A stretch of DNA of 64,000 nucleotides from Octopus sinensis. Taxonomy: Eukaryota. A program made the translations under genes and the position numbers. Below the pieces are notes generated by a model. It worked only from the letters and a program-made list of their open reading frames with translations, was not told where the DNA came from and ran no database searches. Below, piece by piece: positions 13,517 through 25,554 of the stretch. The DNA is taken from positions 182,714,001 through 182,778,000 of the forward strand of contig NC_042998.1 in the NCBI RefSeq assembly GCF_006345805.1, written 5' to 3'. Numbering within the stretch: position 1 is the stretch's first letter; every line of letters begins with the position of its first letter.

Positions 13517-14190
13517 GCTGAGAGATAAAAGGTTGAGTATGAAAGCAAAAAGAAGTGAGTATGAAGGTGTGATTGTGCTGACAATGTTAGACGTGGGGGC
13601 TGAGGGAGGTGGAAAGGAGGCAACTAGATGTGTTTGAGATGAGACGTCTGAGAGCTATGGTTGGTGTGACATGGATGGACAGGATTAGAAATGAGGGGGG
13701 GGGCAAAATGAGCAGGAATGAAAGAGAAACTAACAACCAAATTGGATAGATGAATGTTGAGGTGGTTTGGCCGCATGGAGAGGATGGATGAGGAACGGAT
13801 GGTAAGGGGGTTGATGAAGGCTGAAGTGGTAGGCAGAAGAACCAGAGGCAGACTTCGGTTTGTGTGGATGGATGGAGCGAGGAAAGCTTTGGTGGTTTGA
13901 AGGTTGGAGTGAGAGAGGCAAGAGAATTTATAAACGATAGGAGAGCTTGGAGAGTGTTTGTGGATGGATGAGTGAATTTTAATGTTGCTCAAAGGAGTAT
14001 GGAACCAGCATGATGCAGCGGGGATAAACCAGCATATGCTGTCAGGCTTCACTGCTGATATTGGGGGGGTTACGTTCTATGCCTTGACCCGAGCATAGAA
14101 TGTGGCTCAATCCTTTGAACTGGGAAATGAATAGAATGCCTGGTGTGTGTCTTGTTGTGGCTACCCACTCCTAAAAAAGACATGGGGAAC
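13517..14190 (+). mobile_element. RTE-clade LINE 3' fragment
   Basis: Decayed translation TWGLREVERRQLDVFEMRRLRAMVGVTWMDRIRNE...LRWFGRMERMDEERMVR...RTRGRLRFVWMD, the RTE ORF C-terminus. Confidence 0.85.
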
Positions 14191-14496
14191 AGGCCTGGGT
14201 ATATATAATGCATTTTGCTTCAAACTACTGAGGAAGTTGCTTTAAAGTTATTATACTCTGTTCTGACCTAAAGTTTATGGCAGCAAGTGAAAAAATAAAA
14301 GCTGAAAATTTCTCCTGTGGTTTTAATCATTACTTGAATTTTAACCGACTTGGATGCAAGTACAAAGATGTATATTACACCTACTGATTTTAACTGAAAA
14401 TACTCTGTACTATACTTCTTCATTTGTATCCATAAACATTTGTATTTCTGTATTTTTGTTCTCTCCATCATCATGAGATTTATGCTTTTGAAACAT

Positions 14497-14800
14497 TCAT
14501 CATCATCATCATTTAGCGTCCGCTTTCCATGCATGGGTTGGACAATTTGACTGAGGTCTGGTGAACCAGATGGTTGCACCAGGCTCCAATCTGATCCAGC
14601 AATGGCCACGCTCAAATGTTTTATCACATGCCACCAGCACAAGTGCTAGTAAGGCGACACAGGTAATGATCACACTTGAATGGTCTTTTTAACATGCCAT
14701 CAGCTTGGAGGCCAGCTTGTTGCTCTGGCAATGATCTCACTCGTATGGTACTCTTAGCACTCCACTAGCACAGATGCCAGTCATTGAATTTGATTTCGAT
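14497..14800 (-). mobile_element. SINE family C (diverged)
   Basis: (CAT)n tail and family-C 3' block; its internal part matches 19695-20170. Confidence 0.75.
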
Positions 14801-14849
14801 TGAATTGTATAAACTGAAATGCACCTTTGAAAAGGGTCTGACACTTACC

Positions 14850-15720
14850 CTGCTGCATCAAATTCAGTCATTCATTAATTCCCATGAATGAAAACATACA
14901 TTCTCTACTGTGTCTGCCTTCTATAATTTTCAGTGGCAGAAAATGATTGTCCTGCCAAAGCAATACATCTGAAGGAGGAAGCACGAACTAAAATCTGTTT
15001 CTGAAATACATCTCAGTCACTTTGGACAATAGCTTCTAAGAACTCATTGTGAAAACCAGGATTAATGTAAGTTTAAATTCAGTAATATTATATGGAGTGT
15101 TTGGCTTATTACAGTCAAAGATTTTTAGCATTTCAAAAGCTATTATCCAAGAAGACCAGTTATTTGTGATAAGAGTGCGTTGGCATAAATATACATGATA
15201 CATCCATCCACTAATAATTTTCTCACTAAGTTGTTTGTATTGCTTACCAAATGCAACAATGGAATTCCAAATGCCTTTTTAATTTCCTTTAATGAAGAAA
15301 ATTATTTTTCTTTTGAACACGAACATAACACTGTTTGTGATTTTCAATAATTTCTTTTCTGATATTCTGTTCCTTCTTCTGTGCATATGGCAGGTAAGTC
15401 AGTTGTAATAACTTCCACACCTTGCTGTTCCATTATTGTCAATGCACAGAAAATATCTGACTCTCTTGTTTGACACTTTCCTTGTGACTGACAGAAATAT
15501 CACCAGATGTTTCTGTTTATCAACTCTCTCTTACTTTTTACACCACCAGATGAATGCTCCCCGGCTGTTTTCATTGTCTATATCCACATGCTCAATTCAG
15601 CTCATGACTATTGAAGAACCAGAATCAGTTCCTGTGTCTGATAGTGGAAACTGTAGAATAACATTTCATTTTTGGATTTGGTTTGCAAGATTCTTTATAT
15701 GAGTTCATGTTTTGAAGCAT
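14850..15720 (-). pseudogene. Heavily decayed DNA-transposase remnant, probably hAT-like
   Basis: Broken minus-strand peptides RTLITNNWSSWIIAFEMLKIFD and NPGFHNEFLEAIVQSD*DVFQKQILVRASSFRC resemble hAT-type transposases from memory; the adjacent terminal sequence recurs at 37852-38008. Confidence 0.35.
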
Positions 15721-15921
15721 ATTCTGTTGTATCTGCGGAGAGTTATTTTCTTTTTGTGCCTTATAATGTAACACACTCAGCGGGAAAATTTCCATTTTTT
15801 TCTTATTTTTATTTTCCTAAAATTTTAGGAAAATAAAAATAAGAAAAAAGTGAAAATTTTACCGGTGAGTGTGTTACATAAGGCACAAAAAGAAAATGAC
15901 TCTCCGCAGACATGACAGAAT
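15721..15921. repeat. Foldback palindrome, about 200 bp
   Basis: Arms TCTGCGGAGAG...CACACTCA / TGAGTGTG...CTCTCCGCAGA centred on CCTAAAA|TTTTAGG with no spacer. Confidence 0.9.
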
Positions 15922-16466
15922 GTAGAATAACAGTTTTCTGAAAAAAGTTCAATATGCTTTTGTTTTCCTTCTGTGACTAATTATCCTTGGTTCATTAGCT
16001 GAATTCCCCTTTGATATCATATTCACAAATCTCAAAATAGAATATAATGAAATAAAAATTAAAAAGACAAAAGCAAACGTTGAAATGTAGTGTCAGAAAC
16101 TAGAGTGTGAGAATCAATGTGTATGAAATATGAATAATAGGAATAACTGGATATGATAACAAGCATGAAATCTTGCCTTTAGCAATGTACATGCAGATTA
16201 AAGTCAAGTCTATGACCTAATTTTAAGCATTTCTAGATGCTCATGTGACATGTGTTACATTTTGCACTTTATTAACATGAAGTCAATCGTGACATCACCA
16301 TTTTATTCATACAATCTAATTATACAACAGATGGTACCAATGGCAAGATAATTTTGGGGCCTTTTGTTCTTGCAGAATTTGGTAATTTTGCAAGATGAAA
16401 AAGATGAACTTGAATGGTGTTTGTGTGAAATACAAAAAAAAAAACGAAAAAAAAAAATTAAATTAT

Positions 16467-16631
16467 AGGCATAAGTGTGTCTGTGTGGTAAGAAGTTTGC
16501 TTCCCAAACACATGGTTCTTGGTTCATTCCCACTCTGTGGTAACTTCTGCAAGTGTCTTCTGCTGTAGCCTCAGGCCAACCAAAGTGAATTTGGTCAAGA
16601 GAGACTGAAAGAATCCCATTGTGTATATATG

Positions 16632-16670
<39 letters not shown>
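16467..16670 (+). mobile_element. SINE family B head
   Basis: CTGTGTGGTAAGAAGTTTGCTTCCCAAACACATGGTTC... followed by (TA)n; no adjoining tail. Confidence 0.75.
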
Positions 16671-16678
<8 letters not shown>

Positions 16679-16789
16679 AACTATCTGTTATGTCAATTAT
16701 GCATTGATGTAAGAATAAGTTGTTCTATAAAGCTCGAAACATATGTACCGCAACATCCTTTGTGTCCTATTTTTCATTTATTTCCTTTG

Positions 16790-16827
<38 letters not shown>

Positions 16828-16861
16828 TATATATATAGAGAGAGAGAGAGGAGAGAGAGAG

Positions 16862-17111
16862 AGAGAAGGAGTGGGTGGATATCACAAGCTCCCAGACAGT
16901 TTACTGGTTTATTCTTTTTATTTTTATTTTACTTGCTTTACTCATTAGACTGTGACCATACTGGAGCACTGCTTTGAAGAATTTTAGTCAACCGAATTGA
17001 TCCTGGTACTTATTTTATCAGTCTCTTTTTGCTGGACTGCTAAGTTACAGGGACGTAAACTCACCAACACCAGTTTTCAATCAGCAGTGGGGGACAAATG
17101 GAGACACAAAG

Positions 17112-17162
<51 letters not shown>

Positions 17163-17212
17163 TACATACATACATACATACATACATACATACATACATA
17201 CACATACATACA
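16862..17212 (-). repeat. Left arm of an inverted duplication (SINE B tail plus unique flank)
   Basis: Reverse complement of 18859-19206, including the non-SINE flank TCACAAGCTCCCAGACAGTTTA. Confidence 0.85.
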
Positions 17213-17214
17213 TA

Positions 17215-18854
17215 CAGGGGTTGGACAAAATAATGGAAACACCTTAAAATTTCAAACAAATTTATTTTAATATGGGGTAGGACTGCATTTGGCAGTAATT
17301 ACAGCTTAAATTCTATGAGACATGGATTCGTAGAAAGTTTGAATTGTTTCCAAAGGAATTTTTGTCCATTTTTCAGCTAAAACAGTCTCCAGTTCCTGTA
17401 GTAATGATGGTGGAGGATATCGATTCCTTGCTTGTTTTTCCAAAATGTACCATAAATGTTCATTAATATTGAGATCTGGGGACTGTGGTGGCCAGATAAG
17501 CTGTTCAACTTATCTAGAATGTTCCTCATGCCATTCAGTAACAACTTTCGCTGTGTGAATTGGGGCATTATCATCCTGAAAGATTGTGTTTCCCTCCAGA
17601 AACAGTTCCACAACCATAGGATGAATTTGATTAGATAAAATGCTTAAATAGTCTTGACTATTAATTCTGCCATGAAGGACAACCATTGGGCTATTAGATT
17701 TCCAAGATATAGCCCCTCAGATCATCACAGATCCTCCTCCATGTTTAACAGTTGGAAGAAGGCAGTCTGGGTCAAATGCTTCTTTTGGCTGTCTCTACAT
17801 ATATACTTGGCCGATGCTTGGAAATAGGGTAAATGATGATTCATCTGAGAAAATAACATTCTTCCACTGCTCTAGGGACCAATTCTGTAGGGTTTTACTC
17901 TACTCTAAATGCTTTGCAATGATTGTTTTTGAAAGTAGTGGTTTTCTGATTGCAGTCCTTCCATGAAATCCAGCTTTGTGTAGCTCCTGGCAAACAGTTT
18001 TGATGGAAACTGGGTTCCTGAGGTGGTCAGTAAGCACTACAGTAATTTTGGGAGTTGAATCGAAATCGATCAATGGAAATCGATCAATGGAAATTGCAGA
18101 TGTGTTACCAGTGCCGGTGGCATGTAAGAGAACTTTCCGTTTCGCGACCGTTGCCAGCACCGCCCCGTTTCGTGTCCGTTGCCAGCCTCGCCTGGCCCTC
18201 GTGCCGGTGGCACATAAAAAGCACCATCCGTTCGTGGCCGTTTGCCAGCTCTGTCTGGCACCAGTGCGGGTGGCACGTAAAAAGCACCCACTACACTCAC
18301 GGAGTGGTTGGCGTTAGGAAGGGCATCCAGCCGTAGAAACACTGCCAGATTTGACTGGGCCTGATGAAGCCTTCTGGCTTCACAGACCCCAGTAGAACCG
18401 TCCAATCCATGCTAGCATGGAAAACGGACGCTAAATGATGATGATGATGATGATGTACTTTTGTGATTCTTTCTAACAATTCGCGTAAGAACCTATCTGA
18501 AAGTTTTGGTTTTCTTTCAGAGTTTTGTTTCGACGATCCCTCTTTCTCAAAGGCTGTCATTACTTTCAAAACAGTACTTCTTGATACACCAAACATTTCG
18601 ACTGTTTTTGTTATGCTAGTGCTTGCACCAACAATTTGACCTCTTTGAAAGTTCAGTAGATCTGTCATTTTAATGAATTTTAATTACCTTTTCTGATGAT
18701 ATCTGAAAAGAAACAGCAATTTTAGCAAAACATATTAAGCAACACTAATGATAAATCAAAAGGAATAAAAATAAACAAGCTTTTGACGGTTTTATAGATA
18801 TTTCTAAATTATGATGCTTTGATGCAAGGTGTTTCCATTATTTTGTCCAACTCT

Positions 18855-18856
<2 letters not shown>
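17215..18856 (-). mobile_element. Tc1-family DNA transposon, full length with decayed transposase and a SINE C insertion
   Basis: TIRs CAGGGGTTGGACAAAATAATGGAAACACC / GGTGTTTCCATTATTTTGTCCAACTCTTG flanked by TA; peptides LLNFQRGQIVGA, FQDDNAPIH and WPPQSPDLNINEHLW; SINE C at about 18055-18456. Confidence 0.93.
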
Positions 18857-18858
<2 letters not shown>

Positions 18859-18912
<54 letters not shown>

Positions 18913-19206
18913 TGTATGTATGTATGTATGTATGTATGTATGTGTCTTTGTGTCTCTGTTTGTCCTCCACTGCTGATTGAAAACTGGTGTTGGTGTGTTT
19001 ACGTCCCTGTAACCTAGCAGTCCAGCAAAAAGAGACTGATAAAATAAGTACCAGGGTCAATTCGCTTGACTAAAATTCTTCAAGGCAGTGCTCCAGCATG
19101 GCCACAGTCTAATGAGTAAAGCAAAGTAAAATAAAAATTAAAAAAATAAACTAATAAACTGTCTGGGAGCTTGTGACGTCCACCCCCACCCCCATTCTTT
19201 CTTCTC
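18859..19206 (+). repeat. Right arm of the inverted duplication (SINE B tail plus unique flank)
   Basis: Reverse complement of 16862-17212. Confidence 0.85.
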
Positions 19207-19694
19207 AATTTCAGCTTAACTGACCTTAGCAAATCCTTAGTTCCTGAGATCCATTCCAATCACTTATATCATTTCATTACTGTACAAAATGAAAATTTCC
19301 ACCAATCATCCCAGGCTGATCATTGTACATTCCATGTTGATCACTCCACATTTTAGAGATAATTTATGCTTATTTATATACTGCTGCTTACCTAATTTAT
19401 AAAATTATCTCAGAGGGAATTAAGTAAGCTAGATTGGTAAACTGACAAGTAAGTCCGTACTTCTATTAATCTAGTAAATTTTCATTATATATCTATATGA
19501 TCACTCAATGTGCTAGAAATAGCAGTCTAAAGTTTTTCAAATTATACCCACCATCTTAGAAAAGAATGAACTGGACATAATCCTGTCTGGGTTCTCTGAA
19601 AATAGATGGGATGGGCACAGCTGGAATGCCTTTGGTTATGCACTACTCTAACAAAGTCATGTAATAATGGAGTGCAACAAAGTTGTGTAACAAT

Positions 19695-20170
19695 CATCAT
19701 CATCATCATCGTTTAATGTCCACTTTCCATGCTAGCATGGGTTGGACAATTTGACTGAGGTCTGGCGAACCAGACTCCAATCTGATCTGGCAGAGTTTCT
19801 ACAACTGGATGCCCTTCCTAACGCCAACCACTACGAGAGTGTAGTGGACGCTTTTACGTGCTACCAGCACGAGGGCCAGTTAGGTGGTACTGGCAATGAC
19901 CATGTTCAAATGGTGTGTTTTATGTGCCACCTGCACAGGAGCCAGTCCAGCGGCACTGGCAACGATCTCGCTTGAATTTTTTTTTCACGTGCCACCAGCA
20001 GAAGTGCTAGTAAGGCGACGCAGGTAACGATCATGCTTGAATGGTGTTTTTAAAGTGCCATCAGCACGAAGGCCAGCTTGTTGCTCTGGCAACGATCTCA
20101 CTCATATGGTACTCTTAGCGTTCCACTAGCAACAGATGCCAGTCACCTAGTTTGATTTCGATTTCACTTG
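19695..20170 (-). mobile_element. SINE family C
   Basis: (CAT)n tail, conserved 3' block and internal GTGCCAC units. Confidence 0.85.
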
Positions 20171-20232
20171 CCTCAACAGGTCTTTGCATATATTAGCATG
20201 TGACAAAATTAGTCACTTTGGTATTGTAATAC

Positions 20233-20570
20233 ACATGGCTCAGTGGTTAGAGCATCGGGCCCACAATCATGAGGTAGTGAGTTTGATTCCCAGACCAGGC
20301 TCTGTGTTGTGTTCTTGGGAAAGACACTTTATTTCACACTGTTCCAGTTTACTCAGCTGTAGGAATGAGTTGCAACATCACTGGTGCCAAGCTGTATCAG
20401 TTTTTGCCTTTCCCTAGGATAATATCGGTGGTATGGAGAAGGGAGGCTGGTATGCATGGGCAACTGCTGGTCTTCCATAAACAACCTTGCCTGGTTTTGT
20501 ACCTCAGAGGGTAATGTTCTAGGTGCAATCCCATGGTTGTTCATGACCGAAGGGGGTCTTTACCCTTTTT
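20233..20570 (+). mobile_element. tRNA-derived SINE (V/Meta-like central block)
   Basis: A-box TGGCTCAGTGG, B-box-like GAGTTTGATTCC, then GTGTTGTGTTCTTGGGAAAGACACTTT. Confidence 0.7.
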
Positions 20571-22084
20571 AGTGTAATATACATTACTCTATGATGATAC
20601 TGTAATACAAAACTGTGATGAAATTAAGTGACAATCAAATGTAACACAGATGTGTGTAAATGTTGCAAAAGAACTAAGTGTAACACTAGAATGTAACAAA
20701 TTTATATGACTACGAAGTGTAATGTCAATGGGAAAGGAAGTTGTGTAACAATGAAGTGTAACATAATATATAATATATAACATATTTGTTTATAGATGAA
20801 ATGAAACAATGAATTCTGTAGCAAAGTTAAAGTTATGTAACAGGGAAATATAACAAAGTTGTATAGAAATGAACTGTAATACTTGTGTGTGACAGGAATG
20901 TGTAAAAATAAAGTGCTTCCATATAGCTGTCTAATTATACCCTGGATTAATTGCTATTCACAATCAAGAATCAGTATTTTGCACCCTAAGCCATTGCCAA
21001 GGAAAGGAAACAAATACATAAATAAATAAAATAAAATTCTTGTTGGAAAAATAACAAAAGAAAACAATGAAAAGAAGCAAAGAATTTCTACAGAACATTA
21101 ACAAAATTCTTGAAGCAATCTCTTTCAGTTCCTTGCTTTTGGGGGTTGATGGATGAAGCTAGTAATGGTGATGGTAGTGGGGTTTGGTAATGGTGCAGTT
21201 TGTTGGGGGGGGGGGGGAGAGAAATGTTTGCTCTTCTTCTTTCTTCTTTTTCTTTCCTTCTCTTTTGGTTTCTCCTTTTGCTTATTATTTGCTTATCTTC
21301 TGTCATTTTGAGACTTTTGTTTTTATCCCTGTTAACAGGGGTGCAATGGTACTTAAACAGAATTCAGCGTTAGCTGGTATCAGTTGTTAAGGAGAAAAAA
21401 AAGAAAATAATGGTACACCTCAACAAAAATAGGACAACAAATGCAAAAATAACAAAAATAATTAGTCCAGTACTCTTCCACTTTTACCGAACCCCACCAT
21501 CACATTTGGCAGGGATTCAACAGATAGCATTAAGGAACCAAGCATAAAACAGCATACAACTAGTATAAATATTTACTTGTCTTGGACATCTTCTGAATAC
21601 TTTTGCTTCTATTGTGATACTAGCATACCCGTGTCATCAATAATGATGGAAGCATGTTTATCTTACTTAAATGTATTGAAAACAAAAATAAAATGAAGCT
21701 GCAAATATTTCTGGAATGCATTTTCCAGTTTTAAAGTCAGGAACCTAAAAACAAGAAACTACATACAATTTAGTAAATTGTCTATGTTGGATTGTCTATT
21801 TAATGCAAATTTGAAGTACTTTCCGCTTTTAGACAATAAAAAGATTGGGCTCCTGTTCATGCAAATGACTAGAATGAACTGGTTTTTTTGGGGTTTTTTG
21901 GGGTTTTTTTGGGGTTTTTTTTTAGTTTAGGTAATATAAATTTTGTGGATGACTCATGAGAGATTTTAAGGAGGAAATTCTCTCTCTCCCCCTCTTTCTC
22001 TCTCTCATATACACACACATACACACACACATATACACACACACATGCATACAGGCAGAAGTTATTTTCAATGTGTGATAGTGC

Positions 22085-22277
22085 CACCTGACTGGCACGT
22101 AAAAGCACCCACTACACTCTCGGAGTGGTTGGTAGAAACTCTGTAGCTGTAGAAACTCTGCCAGATCAAGATTGAAGCCTGGTGCAGTCATCTTGTTCAC
22201 CAGCCCTCAGTCTTACGCCCAACCCATGCTAGCATGAAAAGCGGACGTTAAACGATGATAATGATGATGATGATGAT
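22085..22277 (+). mobile_element. SINE family C (partial)
   Basis: Family-C 3' block with (GAT)n tail. Confidence 0.8.
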
Positions 22278-22613
22278 ATACAAATTAACCAAAGGAGAAT
22301 TATTTGAGCTTTCTCCCTTCACATGCCACAAAATATCCAAAATATACACAATGGCATTTATTATAAGAATGTTTGATTAGGTTTGTCAAGACTTGTAATA
22401 TTCTTTTGTATATTGCAGTAGAAACCATACCAAATCAGACTGGTACCATCTAACCCATGCCAGCATGGAGAGCAGACATTAAATGATGATGGTGATGATA
22501 TATATAAATTTAAAATTAAATATAGGATAAAATCTATATAAGAAATTATCAAGTAGTCAGCGTGAAAACCATATAAGGGAAAAATTTATAATTATTCCCT
22601 TCGAATACATTTA

Positions 22614-22887
22614 TTATATTAAGGGCATTACTACACATAAATGCCTCATACTATGAGGGACTCTTAAAGTTAAAACTAGCATAATAAATGTACAGGGTAC
22701 TGGCAGCGAGGGAATGTAACTTGGAAGTCACCTCCTAAAAACAGATTCTGTTTTTAGGCGGCAACTTCTAAGTTACATTCCCTTGCTGTTGGTACACTGT
22801 ATATTTATTATGGTAGTTTTGACTTTAAGAGTCCCTCATAGTGTGAGGAATTTATATGTAGTAGTGTAGTAATGTCCTTGATATATA
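22614..22887. repeat. Foldback palindrome, about 275 bp
   Basis: Arms of about 130 bp (AAGGGCATTACTACAC...GGAATGTAAC...CCTAAAAACAGA T TCTGTTTTTAGG...GTTACATTCC...GTGTAGTAATGTCCTT) with a 1-nt loop. Confidence 0.9.
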
Positions 22888-22892
22888 TATAT

Positions 22893-23100
22893 AGAGATGC
22901 AGCACGGACTTTGTCAGTGAACAGGTCGCGGATTTTAGCGACGAAAATATTTTGACAAATTAAACTTAAATGTTGAAGTGACTCGAACGGCTTTTGTGTG
23001 TTTCTTAAATGGCTTATAAACACCTTCCATGCTGCAATTGTTTTCGTTTCAGCACACGATCTCAGATCAAATTACTTGCTATGCGAGTACATCTCCGTAA
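22893..23100 (+). mobile_element. Short (TA)n-flanked non-coding element (Penelope pLTR or retrozyme-like) carrying a hammerhead fold
   Basis: About 208 bp between (TA)n tracts; a second, rearranged copy lies at 50306-50536. Confidence 0.75.
22910..22959 (+). ncRNA. Minimal type-I hammerhead ribozyme, G3-C8 core variant
   Basis: Stem I TTTGTCA/TGACAAA (7 bp), core GTGAACA plus one extra G, stem II GTCGC/GCGAC, GAAA, palindromic minimal helix III (AATATT), predicted UUU cleavage after 22952. Confidence 0.75.
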
Positions 23101-23115
23101 TATATATATATATAT

Positions 23116-23412
23116 CATCATCATCATCATCATCATCATTTAGCGTCCGTTTTCCATGCTAGCATGGGTTGGACGGTTCAACTGGGGTCTGGGGAGCCCG
23201 AAGGCTGCACCAGGCCAGTCAGATCTGGCAGTGTTTCTACAGCTGGATGCCCTTCCTAACGCCAACCACTCCGAGAGTGTAGTGGGTGATTTTATGTGCC
23301 ACCGACACAGGTGCCAGACGAGGCTGGCGAACGGCCACGCTCGGATGGTGTTTTTATGTGCCACCGACACAGGTGCCAGACGAGGCTGGCAGACGGCCAC
23401 GCTCGGATGGTG

Positions 23413-23415
<3 letters not shown>
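23116..23415 (-). mobile_element. SINE family C with an internal tandem duplication
   Basis: Two copies of GTGCCACCGACACAGGTGCCAGACGAGGCTGGC...ACGCTCGGATGGTGTTTTTAT; another family-C copy follows at 23566-23760. Confidence 0.88.
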
Positions 23416-23449
<34 letters not shown>

Positions 23450-23518
23450 TTTATATGCACTTTTGACAAGTTGTGGTGCACCTAAGCACTGTATACAATA
23501 ATTTCATTATTATATAAT

Positions 23519-23557
<39 letters not shown>

Positions 23558-23824
23558 TGTATATATATCATCATCATCATCATCATCGTTTAGCGTCCGT
23601 TTTCCATGCTAGCATGGGTTGGACGGGTCAACTGGGGTCTGTGAAGCTGGAAGGCTTCGTCAGGCCCAGTCAGATCTGGCAGTGTTTCTACGGCTGGATG
23701 CCCTTCCTAACGCCAACCACTCCGCGAGTGTAGTGGGTGTTTTTTACGTGCCACCTGCACATATATATATATTAATTATATATATATAATTAATTATATA
23801 TATATATCTAATTATATATATATA

Positions 23825-23869
<45 letters not shown>

Positions 23870-23882
23870 TATATATATATAT

Positions 23883-23942
<60 letters not shown>

Positions 23943-24552
23943 TAGGTCAAAGAAATAATAACAGAGAGCTAAATACATTTGACTTGACTGTATCCTTTCC
24001 CTCCAAATAAAACTTGAGCAATAATCAATGTAAAAAAGAAAGACAGCTGGAGGAAAACAATGTCTCAGACTTGTTATATACATGCCAACAGAGAAAACTG
24101 ACAATGATAATGAGGATAATGACACAGAGTCTAGAACATCTTGGTGATAAATAGAACATCTCCCAGTAGACTTGATTCATGCATCTTCTATGTGGAAGTG
24201 AGACAGAAATGGTAAAATTCTTTGTTTCCTATTGTCTTATAATATACTGTTTATTGTTTACTGGTTATAAGCATTTTATGTATCTTATTTGAAGAGACAA
24301 TTAATGGACATGTATGTAAATCTAGAATTCTTTAGAGTCATTCTGTCCATGAAGGCAAGCAAATACTTAACCACATGTGCAGACACACATATATCCATAC
24401 ATACAAACATACATTCACAAACATGCATATTTATGCTTTGTATTAAGCCAGTGAGCTTCTATGCGATTGCTTGCCTTGCAAGAAACAACAGCTATATCTC
24501 CACCAATTACACTCTACCTTTTTAGAAAATAAAGGATATATTTATAGCATGT

Positions 24553-24870
24553 GGAGGCAAATGGCCCAGTGATTAGGGCAGCGGACTCGAGGTCGGAGAA
24601 TCGCGGTTTCGATTTCCAGACCGGGCATTGTGTGTGTTTATTGAGCGAAAACACTTAAAGCTCCACAAAGCTCTGGCAGGGGGTGGTGGCAACCCCTGTT
24701 GTACTATTTCGCTCAACTTTCTCTCACTTTTTCTTCTTGTTTCTTGAGTAACGCTGCAATGGACTAGTGTCCCGTCCAGCTGGGGGGAACACATACACCA
24801 CAGAAACTGGGAACCCGGGCCCATGAGCCTGACTAGGCTTGAAAAGGGCGCATAAATAAATAAAAAAAAT
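24553..24870 (+). mobile_element. tRNA-derived SINE (V-SINE-like)
   Basis: TGGCCCAGTGATTAGGGCAGCGGACTCG...GGTTTCGATT head, GCAATGGACTAGTGTCCCGTCCAG block and an A-rich tail. Confidence 0.7.
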
Positions 24871-25280
24871 TTACAGCATGGTTCTAAATATGTTATGCTT
24901 GAAAAAAAGGTGTAATGATTATGGTTAGAATACATTTGATCCTAGAGCTATTTAATCAGGGCTCAGTTGGAAGACAAATACCACCACCACCACCACCAAC
25001 AACAACAACATAACACTCTGTATCAGATGCCACTCACTTATAGTATTTCAATAGTGATCACTTCTAATACATTTCACTGGGTTTGTGGAATATTATCAGG
25101 AGTATTATCACTGAAATAGGAAACTAAACACTTCATTACAATCTCTCCCATAAACTAATTCATTCTTCTACCATTTCTGTTTACTATAAATGTCTTTGGT
25201 TTCTGTAGAAGTAAAATAGCTGTACAAGATTAACACCTCTATGGCATTTGGCTTGAATTGACTTTTGGTAATTCATTGTT

Positions 25281-25511
25281 GGCGAGCTGGCAGAAACATT
25301 AGCATGCAGGGCGAAATGCTTAGCAGTATTTTGTCTGTCTTTACGTTCTGAGTTCAAAATCCGCCAAGGTCGACTTTGCCTTTCATCCTTTCAGGGTCGA
25401 TAAATTAAGTACCAGTTACGCACTGGGGTCGATATAATCGACTTAATCTGTTTGTCGGTCCTTGTTTGTCCCCTCTGTGTTTGGCCCCTTGTGGGTAGTA
25501 AAGAAATAGGT
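25281..25511 (+). mobile_element. SINE family A
   Basis: Full-length plus-strand copy. Confidence 0.88.
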
Positions 25512-25554
25512 ATTGATGTTATTCTCTAGCCTCTAATCAAACAGCTCCATGATC

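Noticed and set aside
16690-16760. GAAACATATGTA resembling a hammerhead 3' half
   Set aside because: No CUGANGA-like core with a closing stem II and no stem I pairing could be found.
21585-21735. Possible minus-strand exon with good-looking acceptor and donor
   Set aside because: Short, unrecognisable peptide and no supporting neighbouring exons; similar isolated splice-like signals near 3260-3420, 30530-30620 and 42660 are equally unsupported.
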